Shown piece by piece: positions 34,475 through 47,100 of a stretch of DNA of 64,000 bases. Both the position numbers and the translations under genes were made by a program. Origin of the DNA: an uncultured Methanosarcinales archaeon (GTDB lineage Archaea; Halobacteriota; Methanosarcinia; Methanotrichales; Methanotrichaceae); contig CAWJKV010000016.1 of assembly GCA_963843555.1 (NCBI GenBank), positions 1 through 64,000 of the forward strand, in the 5' to 3' direction. The notes beneath the pieces are model-generated. The model saw only the letters and a list, made by a program, of their open reading frames with translations, did no database searches and was not told where the DNA came from. Position 1 is the stretch's first letter, and every line of letters begins with the position of its first letter.

Positions 34475-35758
34475 TCATTTTCCCCGGGAAAGATCAAGTA
34501 TTTATCGGCCTTCCGGCAATCCTGGCCAGCCTCTCTTTCAGCTCCAGACTCGTCTGATGCTGCCTTTTCCTCTAATGAGGCCAGATCTTTTTTGGCTTGA
34601 TCCAAGGCCGCCTCCAGGCTCCTCATGCTTTTTCTGGCCTGGCTCATCTCCTCTTTCAGACGCACGGCCTCCCGGCTGCTTTCCGTGAGCTGCTGATCGA
34701 AGATCTCTGATCTCTCCTTCCAGAGCTTGCATGCCTGGCCCTGGCATTTTCCAGCGATCTTCTCTTGATGAGCAGATCGATATGATCGAGAATCTTTTCC
34801 TTCTTTTTGTCCTTCAATCCAAGTGCTGCCAGATGGGTCCGAAGCTCCTCTAGAGAGCCGGCAATATCTTTGTCCGAAACCAGGGAGGGTGACGATAAGA
34901 GCTGCTCAAAGACGTTTTTATGCTGCAGATTGATTCTATCGCTTGATCCTTGCTTCATAATTCTGGCCAGCGCCTTGGTCAGAGGTGCAATAAGATCAAT
35001 CAGTTCATCTTCCGCCAGAGATTGATCTTGCTTCTTTTTCTCCAGATTCTCTTCAGATCTTCCGCCTTTTTCCCTTCATCGCTTGCCGCCAGCCTTTTCG
35101 CTTCCTCTTCCAGACCGGATAACTGGGATTTTATCCCGGACAGCGTCTCTTCATTTTGCTGTATGTTCTTTTTCAGGTCATCGATGCCGGATAGCTCTTC
35201 CTGCAGCCTTGCCGCAAGCTCTCTGGAGTACCAGCTCTCCTCTTGCACCTTTCTTTTCTTGCCGATCTCTCTCTCCAGATCGACCAGGAGACGGCTGATC
35301 TGTGTCAGGTCGGAGTTGATGCTCTCGATGTTTCTGGGAAAGAGTGCGGCAACATACCTCTGCGCTCTGCCGAAGGTGGTCACCGTCCTCTCCAGCCCTT
35401 TGACGAGAGCCCAATGATGCTGAAAAGCAGAATCGAGATCCTTTTTCTGGGAGGCATCAGCTTCTCGGACAGCGTTTCAAGCTGCTTTGACGACCTCGCC
35501 GCGCGCCGCCAAGCCCTGCCCGCAGAAGCTTGGGCGGCGTGGCATCCATCCGCGCTCGGCCGATACCAGGGCCGATATGTCTTTAGAGAGGGCCTTGGCC
35601 ACATCTTCGATGCGGCCATAGATCTCTCGGCAAGCGCATTGCAAATCCGGATTCCTTCCCTCTCTCCTCCAGCCAGGAATTAATTTCGTTGAGAGCTGCA
35701 GGCTAACGGCCTCTTCCCCGGGCTTTTTTCCCTCAAAAATATTCTTGAGCCACTTCAA
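34475..35758 (-). CDS. Coiled-coil hypothetical protein, frameshifted
   Basis: Successive E/K/L-rich ORF fragments on one strand. Confidence 0.55.
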
Positions 35759-35794
35759 GGCTGTCTCTCCTGATCCACGGGACTCTCCTCTTTT

Positions 35795-37925
35795 TTAAGC
35801 TGAGAGATGACTTTCTCGGCAATCTTGGGACCGAGGAGGCGGGCGACCTCGATCTGGATCGGCTGCCTTCAGCTTTTCTATGCTGGTTATGCCCGACAAA
35901 TAGAGCTTCCTGGCCCGGACGCGGCCTATTCCCTTCAGGTTAAGCAGGGCAAGAAGATCCTGGCCGGCACCGTAGTGAATGCGCTCTGCCAGTTGCTCTG
36001 CTTTGAAGGTTATGCCCAGTTCAAGATGCTTGGACAGTTCCGCTAAGGAGTGCATGAGCCATTCTGCCGTCTCAGCCGAGCGGCGGATGTCTCCCGGTCC
36101 GATGTGGTATCTGCTCGCAATCTGCTCCTCATGCACCTCGCCGATCCAGTCCATGAGCATAGCCGAGGTCTTGGCCTCGCGGAGCAGATAGTCGTAGTTG
36201 TCCTCATCATATAGCTCCAACTGATGCTGATCGATGAACTCCTCCACCCATACGTCCGCGGCCTGGATATAGAGCAGATTCATATCCGGAGTCATGGTTA
36301 TGAGGTGAATGAGGCCGAGATCGGAGGGTCTTTTTCTCGGCCTGGCCCGGTCTCTTGCGCTCATGAATGTCAATACTATCATTTCCCTTCTTATCCTCCA
36401 GGTTTTCCAGCATGATGACGGCGCTCAAGAGGATCGATGTAGAGCTTGGAGACCAGAGAGCCGAGCCTGGTTGGCAGGAGATCGCCCTCATCGCTGCCCT
36501 GGATCATGCCGTTATCCGTCAGAAAGTCAAGGACCTTCTCCAGAGTGACATCCAGATGCCAGGGATCCTGCTGCTGGGCATAAAATGTGGTGGCGATGAA
36601 GTCTTTTAGCTCCGGCTCATTTTTGGCGAAACCGGCGGCAGATGTGGAGAGCAGATGGGTGCGAAGAGCGCTCTCGCTGGCCAGCTTCGACCAGATCTCT
36701 TCCGGGGTGCCGTTGATGTAGTGCTCCATCAGATCCTGCATCTCGGAGTCATTCTTGGCCATCAGAAAGGATTCGCCATAAGGATCGAGCCCCGGCCGTC
36801 CGGCGCGCCCTGCCATCTGGCGGTACTCGATGACGGGAATGGGCATCATGCCCGAGCCGTACTCATATCGTCTGTAGCTCTTGATGAGCACTCTTCGGGC
36901 AGGCAGGTTCAGGCCCGCGGCCAGGGTGGGAGTGCTGGCTATGACCTTGATCTTGTTGTCCCGGAAGCCCTGCTCCACCAGCCTCCGCTGCTCTGACAAG
37001 AGGCCGGCGTGGTGAAAGGCTATGCCGCGGGAGACGCAGGAGGCCAGGCGGTGGCAGGTCTCGCTCTCGCCTGTGGCCAGAATGCTCTCCGAAAGTGCCG
37101 CGGTCGCCGCATCAGCCGGGATCAGGTCGCAGAGCTTCGTGGCGGCAGCTTCGGCATTTTTGCGGGAGTTCTCGAAGATGAGGATCTGGGCTGCCTGGGA
37201 GAGAGTATCCTTGACCAGAGCCAGGGCTTCATCCTTCTTGGCCTCCAGCGCCGTCTCGCCATCGGAGAAGACCAGCTTTCCATTGCAGATGATGCCCTCT
37301 CGCAGGCTTATGGGCCGCCAGTCGCTGCTTACCAGCTCCGCATCCAGCCAGGCGGCGAGCTCTTTGGCATTGGCCACGGTGGCGGATAGGCCGATGACCT
37401 GCAAATCGGGATTGCAGTGGCGCAGCTTGGTGATGGTCATCTCCAGAGTGGGGCCGCGGCCCACATCATTGAGCAGATGAATCTCATCGACCACCAGAAC
37501 GCTCAGGTCTCGCACCCAGGAGGCACCGTTTCTCATAAGCGAGTCGGCCTTCTCGGAGGTGGCGATTATTATCTGATTCTTGCCCAGGCGCTCGTCTCTC
37601 TTGTCGAAGTCGCCGGTGCTGATGCCGACAGAGACGCCCAGAGCCCTGAACTTTTTAAAAGAATCGTACTTCTCTGTGGCCAGGGCGCGCAGAGGAACGA
37701 TGTAAAGGGAACGCGGCCTTGCAGGGCAGCTTTGAGCATGGCCAGCTCTGCCAGGAGGGTCTTGCCGGAGGCGGTGGGCATGGCCAGCAGCATGCTCTTG
37801 CCATCCAGCAGGCCCCTTTCCAGCGCCTCGGCCTGGGGCGGATAGAGCTCTTTATAGCCACGCTCTTCGTAAAGCTTGATGGCCTCCGGGGAGAGCCAGC
37901 GGGATAAATCTTTTATCTCCAGCAT
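35795..37925 (-). CDS. hel308: Ski2-like helicase Hel308, frameshifted
   Basis: [61 protein letters not shown]. Confidence 0.93.
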
Positions 37926-38141
37926 CGATCTCCTAGAAACTCAATCTTGTCCTTTAATCTTGTCTTCAATTTTGTCTTCAATCTTGAATTGGATAAATTC
38001 TGATCTCTTATCTTAAATCAACCGGGCTCCTCTAATCTTAAATACTACGTGAAAGTAGTACCTGCGGGATAACATCCTCTATAGGAACCAAAAAAAGAAT
38101 GACCGTCATCATATAAATGCATCTTCCATGGAGAGAAACTA

Positions 38142-39293
38142 ATGTATGCCGATCGGATAAAGAATCTCCCGCCGTATCTCTTTGCCGCCATCGATAAAGC
38201 AAAGCAGGAAGCAAGGGCAAGAGGCGTGGATGTAATTGACCTGAGCGTGGGCGATCCCGATTTGCCGACGCCTGAGCACATCGTCAAGGCCCTGAGGGAG
38301 GCGGCCAGGGACCCGTCCAATCACCAGTATCCTTCCTATGAGGGCAAGCTGACCTTTCGGACGGCGGTAGCGGACTGGTACAAGAGGACATTCAACGTCG
38401 ACCTGGATCCCGAAGAAGGAGGTGCTCACTCTGATCGGCTCCAAGGAGGGCATTGCTCATGCGCCCCTGGCCTTCATCAATCCCGGAGACGCGGCCTTGG
38501 TGCCCGATCCCGCCTATCCGGTTTACCGGACGGCCACCGCCTTTGCCGGAGGCGAGCCTGTGATCATGCCGCTTCTCCGGGAGAACAAGTTCCTGCCTGA
38601 CCTGGATGCCATTCCGGCCAGCGTGGCCCGCCGGGCCAAGATCATGTTTCTCAACTACCCCAACAATCCCATCGGCGCCTCGGCAGACAGGAGCTTCTTC
38701 CGGAAAGTGATCGACTTCGCCAGGGACTACGATATCATCGTCATGCACGACAATCCCTACTCTGAGATCTACTACGATGGCCAAAGGTCGCTCAGCCTTC
38801 TGGAGATGGATGGGGCGAGGGATGTGGCAGTGGAGTTTCATTCGCTCTCCAAGACCTACAACATGACCGGCTGGAGGATCGGCTCGGTGGTCGGCAACGC
38901 GAGGTCGTGGCCGGAATCGGCAAGATCAAGAGCAACATCGACTCCGGCACCTTTGGGGCGGTGCAGGATGCCGGAATTGTGGCCCTGCAGAGCCCGAAGG
39001 AGGTTGTGGACGATATCCGCAAGATCTACCAGCACCGAATTGAGATTCTCTACCAGGCCCTGCAGGATCTGGGCCTGCATCTGGAAAAGCCGCGGGCGAC
39101 GCTCTACCTCTGGGCCTGGGTGGGAGGAAGCTCCATCGAGTACGCAGGCAGGCTCTTGGAAAAGACGGGCATCGTGGCCACGCCCGGTGTGGGCTTCGGA
39201 AAGTACGGCGAGGGCTACATCAGATTCTCCATCACCCAGCCGACGGCGCGGATAGAAGAGGCTGTGGTGCGGCTGGAGAAGATGGGCAAGTGA
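38142..39293 (+). CDS. dapL: LL-diaminopimelate aminotransferase, frameshifted
   Basis: [49 protein letters not shown]. Confidence 0.85.
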
Positions 39294-42189
39294 TAGATTT
39301 GGGTCCGCTCAAAATTCGGAGGGAGTTCAAATTGCTGGAAAGTTATTCTGCAAAGGAGATCGAGGCCAAGTGGCAGAAGACCTGGGAGGAGATAGCGGTC
39401 TTCCAGCCCGAGCCAGACGAGCGCCAGAAGTTCTTCTTAACCATACCTTACCCTTATCTCAATGGAAATTTGCATGCCGGCCATACGCGCACTTTCACCA
39501 TTGGCGATGCCGTGGCTCGCTACCGGCGCATGCGCGGAGAGAATGTTCTCTTTCCCATGGCTTTTCACGCCACGGGAACGCCAATCGTCGGTCTCTCCGA
39601 ACTCATCGCCCAAAAGGACCCACTCATCTGGGAAGTTTACACCAAGCTGCACGGCATTCCTGAGGAGGAGCTGTCCGAGCTCAACACGCCGGAGAAGATC
39701 GTGCTCTACTTCCGCCGCCAGGCCAAGGCGGCCATGCAGTGCATCGGCTACTCCATCGATTGGAGGCGGGAGTTCACCACCACCGATCCCGCTTACAGCA
39801 AGTTCATCGAGTGGCAGTACGGCATTCTGCGGCGTCTGGATTATGTGGTCAAGGGCAGCCATCCCGTGCGCTGGTGCCCGCATGACCGGAATCCGGTGGA
39901 GGATCACGACATTCTCAAGGGCGAGGATGCCACCATCATGGACTTTTCCCTGATCAAGTTCCGAATGGGCGATACCATCCTGCCCTGCGCCACTCTGCGG
40001 CCGGAGACGGTCTTTGGAGTGGTCAACCTCTGGCTCAACCCGGATGTGACTTATGTCCTGGCCAGAGTGAACGATGAGACCTGGGTCGTCTCCAAGGAGG
40101 CATACGAGAAGCTGACCTTCACCGACCGGCAAGTGGCCTTTGGATCGGAGATCTCCGGGAAGGAGCTGATCGGCAAGACGGTCACGAATCCGCTCACAGG
40201 CACTGAGGTTCTCATTCTGCCCGCCGCTTTCGTGGACCCGGACAACGGCTCGGGGATCGTCATGTCCGTTCCGGCTCATGCGCCTTACGATTATCTGGCG
40301 CTGAAGGATCTGTACGACAAAGATCTATCCGAGTATGGCATCACTGCGGACCTGCGCGAGATCAAGTTCATCTCTCTGATCGAGTCGCCCGGATATGGAG
40401 AGTTTCCGGCGGTGGAAGCTGTAAACGAGCTGAAGGTGATGGACCAGAACGATCCCAAGGCAGAGGAGGCCACCAAGATCGTCTACCGGCGCGAGTTTCA
40501 TAACGGCGTTCTCAAGGCCAACACCGGCCGCTACGCCGGAATGGCCGTCTCCAAGATCAAGGATGTCCTGCTGGCCGACCTGATTGAGAAGGGCATCGCC
40601 GAGATCTTCTACGAGTTCTCAGAGAAGCCTGTCATCTGCCGCTGCGGCACGAGATGCGTCATCATGCTGGTGCGGGACCAGTGGTTCCTGGAGTACTCCG
40701 ATACCGAGTGGAAGGCCAATGTGCTCCGCTGCCTGGCAGAGATGCGCATCATCCCGCCGGAGTTCCGGGTGGAGTTCGAGAACAAGATCGACTGGCTGAA
40801 GGACAAGGCCTGCGCCCGGCGGAAGGGTCTGGGCACTCATCTGCCCTGGGATAAGGAGTGGCTCATCGAGTCTCTGGGAGACAGCACCATCTACATGGCC
40901 TACTACATTCTGGCCAAGTACGTGAACGCGGGCATGAAGATCGACAATCTGCCGCCTGAGTTCTTCGAGTACATATTCATGAATAACGGAGACGCCTGCC
41001 GCTGTGGCGGCGCCAGACGGGCCTGCCGCAGCAGACGGTGCAGCAGATCCACGACGACTTCGCCTACTGGTATCCTGTAGACCTGCGCACCTCGGGCAAG
41101 GATCTCGTCGCAAATCACCTGCTCTTCTTCCTCTACCATCACGTGGCCATATTCCCAGAAAGGCTCTGGCCCAAAGCCATTGCCGTGAACGGATTCGTCT
41201 CTCTGGAGGGCCAGAAGATGTCCAAGTCCAAGGGGCCGTTGCTCACGCTGCGCCAGGCCGTGGCCGAGAACGGGGCGGATGTGACGCGGCTGTATATCCT
41301 GGGCAATGCCGAGGGAACGGCGGATGTGGACTGGAGAAACGACGGAGTCGAGTCCACTCACGCCCATATGGAGAGGTTCTACAATCTGGCCAGGGAGATT
41401 CTGGCAGACAACAGTATCGATGAGAAGGCGGAGAAGACGCTGATCGATCGCTGGATGCTCTCCCGGTTGCAGAGGCGCATCGCAGGAGGCCACGACTGCC
41501 ATGGAGAACATCCAGACGCGGCGGGCGCTGCAGAGTGCCTTCTACCTGCTCTTCAACGATCTGCGCTGGTATCAGCGGCGGGGAGGCAAGAACCAGCTGC
41601 GTGCGGTCCTCTCGGCCTGGGTGCGGATGATGTCGCCCTTCACGCCGCATGTCTGCGAGGAGCTGTGGGCGGCGGGGTTGGGCGAGGGCTATGCATCGCT
41701 GGCTGACTGGCCGGTCGCGGATGAGACGCTCATCGACGAGAAGGCAGAGAAGGCCGAGGACCTCCTGGAGCGCACTCTGAACGATGTGCAGGAGATCGTG
41801 AATGTCACCAAGGCCAAGCCCGGCAAGATCACGCTCTACACCACGCCTGCCTGGAAGCGGGAGATGCTGCGGCTCGCCGTTGAGGCGGCAGCGGGCGGCA
41901 AGCTGGACATGGGCGCGCTCATGAAGGAGGCCATGGCCTCGCCCGCTATTGCGGAGCACAAGAAGGATGCGCCCAAGTATGCCCAGAAGCTGGCCAAGGC
42001 GGCCCACTCGCTCTCCGCGGAGGCGCTGGGGCTGGACGAGTTCGAGACGCTTGACACGGGAGAAGGCTGTACCTGCAGGCGGCGCTGGGCGTGCCGGTGG
42101 AGGTCTACTCGGCGGACGAGGCGGGAGAGGACCCCAAGGGCAAGAGCAAGCAGGCGGAACCGGGGAGGCCGGCGATATATATTGAATAG
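39290..42189 (+). CDS. leuS: Leucine--tRNA ligase (3 apparent frameshifts)
   Basis: PYLNGNLHAGH, ATLRPET, ESLGDSTIY, SGKDLV.NHL, KMSKS, C-terminal PGRPAIYIE. Confidence 0.95.
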
Positions 42190-42238
42190 GACTGCTCTGT
42201 TGATACCGGAATGAAATCAATCCATAGACGAGAAAGAG

Positions 42239-42541
42239 TTGAGGGCAATGAAGGGGGAAAAGCCATTCGCCTTGATTATCAGCAGAGGAGCCAACAAATC
42301 CCTGGATAAATTAGGAACAAGGACCGCGAAGAAGGTAATAGAAGCCCTGCGAGAGATTCAAAAGGATCCATTTAGGTCGCGATCAGGCGCTGACATAATG
42401 AAGATTAGAGGGAGAAAGGAACCACCGGCTTATAGACTGAAGTTTGGCCAGATACGAATTGAGTATGTCGTCTATGAGGAGGAGTCTTTGATCCAAGTGG
42501 TGCAGATCTTCAAGAGAAAGGGCGACTCCGATTACAGGTGA
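42239..42541 (+). CDS. RelE/ParE family toxin
   Basis: A.KSLDKL...DPF...DI.KIRG...YRLKFGQIRIEY. Confidence 0.85.
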   Translation: MRAMKGEKPFALIISRGANKSLDKLGTRTAKKVIEALREIQKDPFRSRSGADIMKIRGRKEPPAYRLKFGQIRIEYVVYEEESLIQVVQIFKRKGDSDYR

Positions 42542-42578
42542 AACCATAAATAGTAGCGGATTTAATTAGAGGTTAACG

Positions 42579-42755
42579 ATGAAAAGCGAATTGCTGCCTG
42601 CAAAAAATGAGCCTTTCACAGAGGAGGAACTTGCGGATCTGGAAGAAGGCGAGGAGTCGGAATGCTCCGATCCACTGTGGGAAAGCGCCAGGAAGCACAG
42701 GAAGGAAGCCATAAGCCTGGAGGAGTACTGCCGCAAGCGAGGAATTGATATCTAG
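42579..42755 (+). CDS. 58-aa acidic putative antitoxin
   Basis: MKSELLPAKNEPFTEEELADLEEGEE..AISLEEYCRKRGIDI, GAGGT RBS, adjacent to RelE. Confidence 0.65.
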   Translation: MKSELLPAKNEPFTEEELADLEEGEESECSDPLWESARKHRKEAISLEEYCRKRGIDI

Positions 42756-42779
42756 GCGACTCCAGCGTGCAGGAACAGA

Positions 42780-42978
42780 CTGGCCAAGGCGGATCTACTC
42801 ACCCTCTGCGGAGGCGCTGGGGCTGGACGAGTTCGAGACGCTTGTCGAGGGAGAAGGCTTACCTGGCGGCGGCCTGGGCGTGCCTGTGGAAGTCTTTTCG
42901 GCGGACGAGGCTGGGGAGGACCCCAAGGGCAAGAGCCGACAGGCGGAACCGGGGAGGCCGGCGATTTATATCGAGTGA
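42780..42978 (+). pseudogene. Duplicate of the last ~200 bp of leuS
   Basis: Near-identical to 41990-42189 (GAGGCGCTGGGGCTGGACGAGTTCGAGACGCTTG ... GGCGGAACCGGGGAGGCCGGCGAT). Confidence 0.92.
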
Positions 42979-43104
42979 AGCCTCCTGTTCCTTTTTTTCA
43001 ATGTAGATATCAAAGGAGTCCGCTTACGCACCTTTTCAATTGGTTTGCAGCTTGGCCGCCGTCGCTCGGCCGGGCCGCGACCATAAGCCTCGCCCCTCAC
43101 CACA

Positions 43105-43400
43105 GCGCTGGAGGGCCGCAGGCCGAACTCGCGGCACCCCAGAAGATGTGCGAACATTGTCCCGGCAAGCATCAGATAGATCCCATCTGCATTAAATGAC
43201 CTCTAATTTGTCGCAAAAAAATTATCCCACAACTTCTTCCCGGGTTCCGCGCGGTGAAACGCGCTGGGGTGACGGGGCCCACTCCAGGCCGTGGCGGCCC
43301 CCCTAACCCCGCGTCCGCGGGGAACAATCAATGAAGCTCTGCCCTTCAGGTTTGGACGTTTTTGAGAAGGTCCCAGGCAGAGTGCCCTATCCGAACGGCT
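43105..43400 (+). repeat. Composite GC-rich element (family A plus family C), copy at island 2
   Basis: Matches 16880-17185; C block 43241-43322 nearly identical. Confidence 0.85.
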
Positions 43401-43501
43401 CACATGCCGTTATTGATGGAGAACGAAATAGATGCTCTGAGCGTCGAAGTATCTGGGGCACAGACATAGGCGCATACCAATGGGAGTGTGCAAGCGATGA
43501 T

Positions 43502-43728
43502 TCAAATGGGACTCTCGTCGAGCATTTCGACTTCCAGGATTTCTCCCTCATCGGTCACAATTAGCCTGAACTTCTTGCCTTCTTCTTCGAATAGATCCTG
43601 GACAAGGCAGATGACCACCCAGCGTTCAGCGTCTCTTTTTGCAGAAACCGTCTCAAAGATGAATTTGGTTAAGGTCTTGGTGTCCTGGAAATATCTTTTG
43701 CGGCGATTGTGGCTTCTCTGGCGTCCAT
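43502..43728 (-). CDS. ~75-aa hypothetical protein (1-base deletion in an A-run)
   Basis: MDAREATIAAK/RYFQDTKTLTKFIFETVSAKRDAERWVVICLVQDLFEEEGKKFRLIVTDEGEILEVEMLDESPI. Confidence 0.5.
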
Positions 43729-44119
43729 ATCATCACTCGAAGTTCAAGATGATCAACACATTTATCAATTTTCCCAGGGACATGCAAAGCGAGATGAATT
43801 CGTGCCATTCTGCGCATGAGCCTGCCGAGGAAAAGCATCCCTGAGCGCGGAGACGCTGGAGCTGCACGGATTCGAGGTGATTTCCAGCTAGCGCGCACCC
43901 ACAGGCGCGGGACGGGAGGGTGGGCCAATGAGCAATATATATATATATATATTAATGAATTGATCTAAGATCTGCTATTTCCATATCTATATCAGTGTAT
44001 CGTTCATCATCTTAAACCTAATATATATTTTAAATACCTGATCACGATATTTTTAGTTGAGCTTTTGCACATCTCATCGGCTTTACTCTTAGAAACTGTT
44101 AAGATGTTGTTTAGCTAGA

Positions 44120-47100
44120 ATGCTCATTGATATGTCACGTGTGATGAATTCCCTTAAGGATCTAAAGGATACTACTCTATGGAAAAAATTAGATACAGCT
44201 TCCAAAGAGAATGAAGATGCGGAGTTTTTGGCGACAAATTTGCCGAAAATTTGTGAAGGAGCTAGCGAGCGTATGAAAGAGATGCCGTCATTGCATGGCC
44301 AATACACTCTCCACGACGAGACACATCTCCTACGCGTTACGGAATTAATGGCAAATATAATACCTGAAAAGGTACTTGATAAATTGAATCCAATTGAAAT
44401 TGCTTTGCTTATCTTATCAGCATTTTTCCATGATCAAGGAATGGTCTTAAGCAAAGAAGAATTAGTGTCTATGAATTCCGAATCAAAATTTAAAATATTT
44501 CGCGACAATTGGTGCATAAATCATCCGAATATAAGAGAGATTCAGATAATATTGCAGGACAAATCCATGAGCCAACCTGAAAAGGATAGAATTAGGCATA
44601 TGGAAAGGGAATTGTTTGACGGATTATTGACGGACTATATTAGGCAAAGCCATGCTCGTAGATCCAGAGATTTTGTTGTATCAACTTGTCATGATGATAG
44701 CTTATGGAAAATCGCAGGAACAAGTCTTACTTCATACGTTGGAAAGCTTTGTGAATCTCATTCATTATCAGCAACTGATTTAATACCCGAAAAGGGTTTT
44801 AACTATGATGAATCAATCGGACAATATAATATTAATCTATCATACCTTGCACTTGTTTTGAGATTGGCTGATATTCTTGACTTTGATCGTGATAGAACTC
44901 CTGATTCGTTATATAAAACGATAAATTTCACAAATGACGTTAGTTTAACTGAGTGGGAAAAGCATCGATCTGTTGAAGGTTGGAATATTGATCAAAAGAG
45001 TATCAGGTTCTCATTGCTTTGCGAAAGGCCAGAATATCAGAAAGCAGCCCTAGATTTCATGGATTTAATCGATAATGAACTAAAAGCTGCGATAAATTTA
45101 ACAAAATCTTATCCAAAAAATTTTGAGATATACTACTTCGACCTTCCTACATCTGTTGATCGAAAGCGTATTGTTGCCAAAGATGATGCGTATATCTATC
45201 ATGATCTAGAGTTTTCATTATCTCGCAACGAAATTGTTAAACTATTATTAACTGATAAATTATATAATTCTCCTGCAATTTGTGTCCGTGAATTACTGCA
45301 AAATTCACTAGACGCCTTAAGATATAGGCGATCACTTAAAAAATTTGATGGATCTGAATGGGCTGACGGCAAAGTGATTTTGGAGCATTTTGTGGATGAA
45401 TATGGGCATGAAGTTCTTAGATGTACCGACAATGGTGCGGGCATGGATGAGGACATAATAGAGAGATTCTTAACCAGAGTGGGCAGAAGTTATTATAGGT
45501 CTCCTGAATTTGAACAAGAAAGAATTATATTTTCCCAAAAAGGTGCGGATTTTGATCCTTGTTCTCAATTCGGAATCGGCTTCATGTCCTGTTTTATGAT
45601 TGGTGATCGAATTATAATAAAAACGCGTCGTGATTATGGTCCAGAAAAGGGTTGGGGTGAGCCCCTTCAGGTCGAAATAAATGGGCTAGGAGGCATGGTT
45701 GTGATTCGAAAAGGCTCTCCGAATCAATCACCAGGAACGATTGTGGAAATAACTGGAAGGAAGAAACCAAGACTATTTGATGAGTACGTAGACAAGATAA
45801 ATTTAATTGATGTCGTCGATGCCTACGCATTGGCCTGCGAATTCCCAATAGAAGCCCATTGCCTGATTGATGAAATAGGGAATGACATTTCGATTCCTTG
45901 CACAATTGTAATCCCAAAAACGGAAATTGAAATAGCTGGAATTAAGAATCAATTGAGCTTTGAGCAAGAATTTTTTGAGATCGATTCTAATTTGAGGGGA
46001 TACGTTCGAGCTAGCTTCCTCCTAAATAATTTGGGCAAAATTGATTTAGCTAATTCTGAAGCACATTGGGATATAGGTAACTTTGGACCTTGTCTTGTGC
46101 TGTCAAATGGCTTAAAAATAAAAGAATCATCAAGAAAGGGCGCAATTTGTTTGGATGGAATTTATGTGTGTGGCAATCCAGAGTATCGCAGCGAAAGACA
46201 TTTCATGAACTTCACAATTTGGAGCAATAATTATATCCCTCTCGAAGGAGATTATTATTTACTGGATGTAAGGGGCATTCTCAAACCACCCTTAACCACT
46301 TCGAGGGATCCTCCAAGAGATCCTCCTGAAGGGTCTCGTTGGGATCGACTTGCATGTATGGCAAATCTAGCAAGAGCCAGATTATGGGAGAAGGTAGCTC
46401 AAACCATCGGAGATAGATTGGATATTGATACATTCTGGAAATTAGCTTTGATACATAGAGCCCCTATCCCATGGTTGCCCGCAAATACAGTATGGTCAAA
46501 ATTATCTGTTCCCATTGTCAAGAATAATGAATTTATAGAATGGAGAGAGGTCTCATCCCTAGGGAATTTATATGTGAGAAAAGATACATCATCAGAAAAA
46601 GCAATATGCAGAGGGTTGTATCAAATTTTTACTGAAAACGGCTTGGAAATCAAAGCTTCGAAGGATTTAGCCAAATGGGAACACAAAGTCCGAATTCGTT
46701 ATGGGTGCCTAAATGAACAATTATTCAATCTAATTATTAGCTTTTCCATAGTTAAAATACTGCAAGGAGATGCCTGCATTTATCTGTCTGAGCCGTTACT
46801 AAATGAATCTCTGATTGTATATCGCATCAACTCAGTATTTTTGCTGCAATATGCAGGTGAGCTGGCCGAAGTTTTCACGGTTCAATTACCTTTTAAAAAT
46901 GCTAACCGCAATCATGCACTCGTTCGAACCGCATTCGATGCTAATTATGTAGAACATCTATCCGATATTCAAACATTTGCTCGTTCTTTGGTCCGATTCC
47001 TTGGTGATACGGATAATTTGAAAGCTCTAATGGATCCTGATGCATATAGCCACCCTGGGATTAATCGATGGATGCGTCATCTCGGCTACCAATACAATTC

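Noticed and set aside
39290..42189. Programmed frameshifting, split leuS or a real leuS pseudogene
   Set aside because: Essential gene; neighbouring unrelated genes are equally broken, which is consistent with sequencing error
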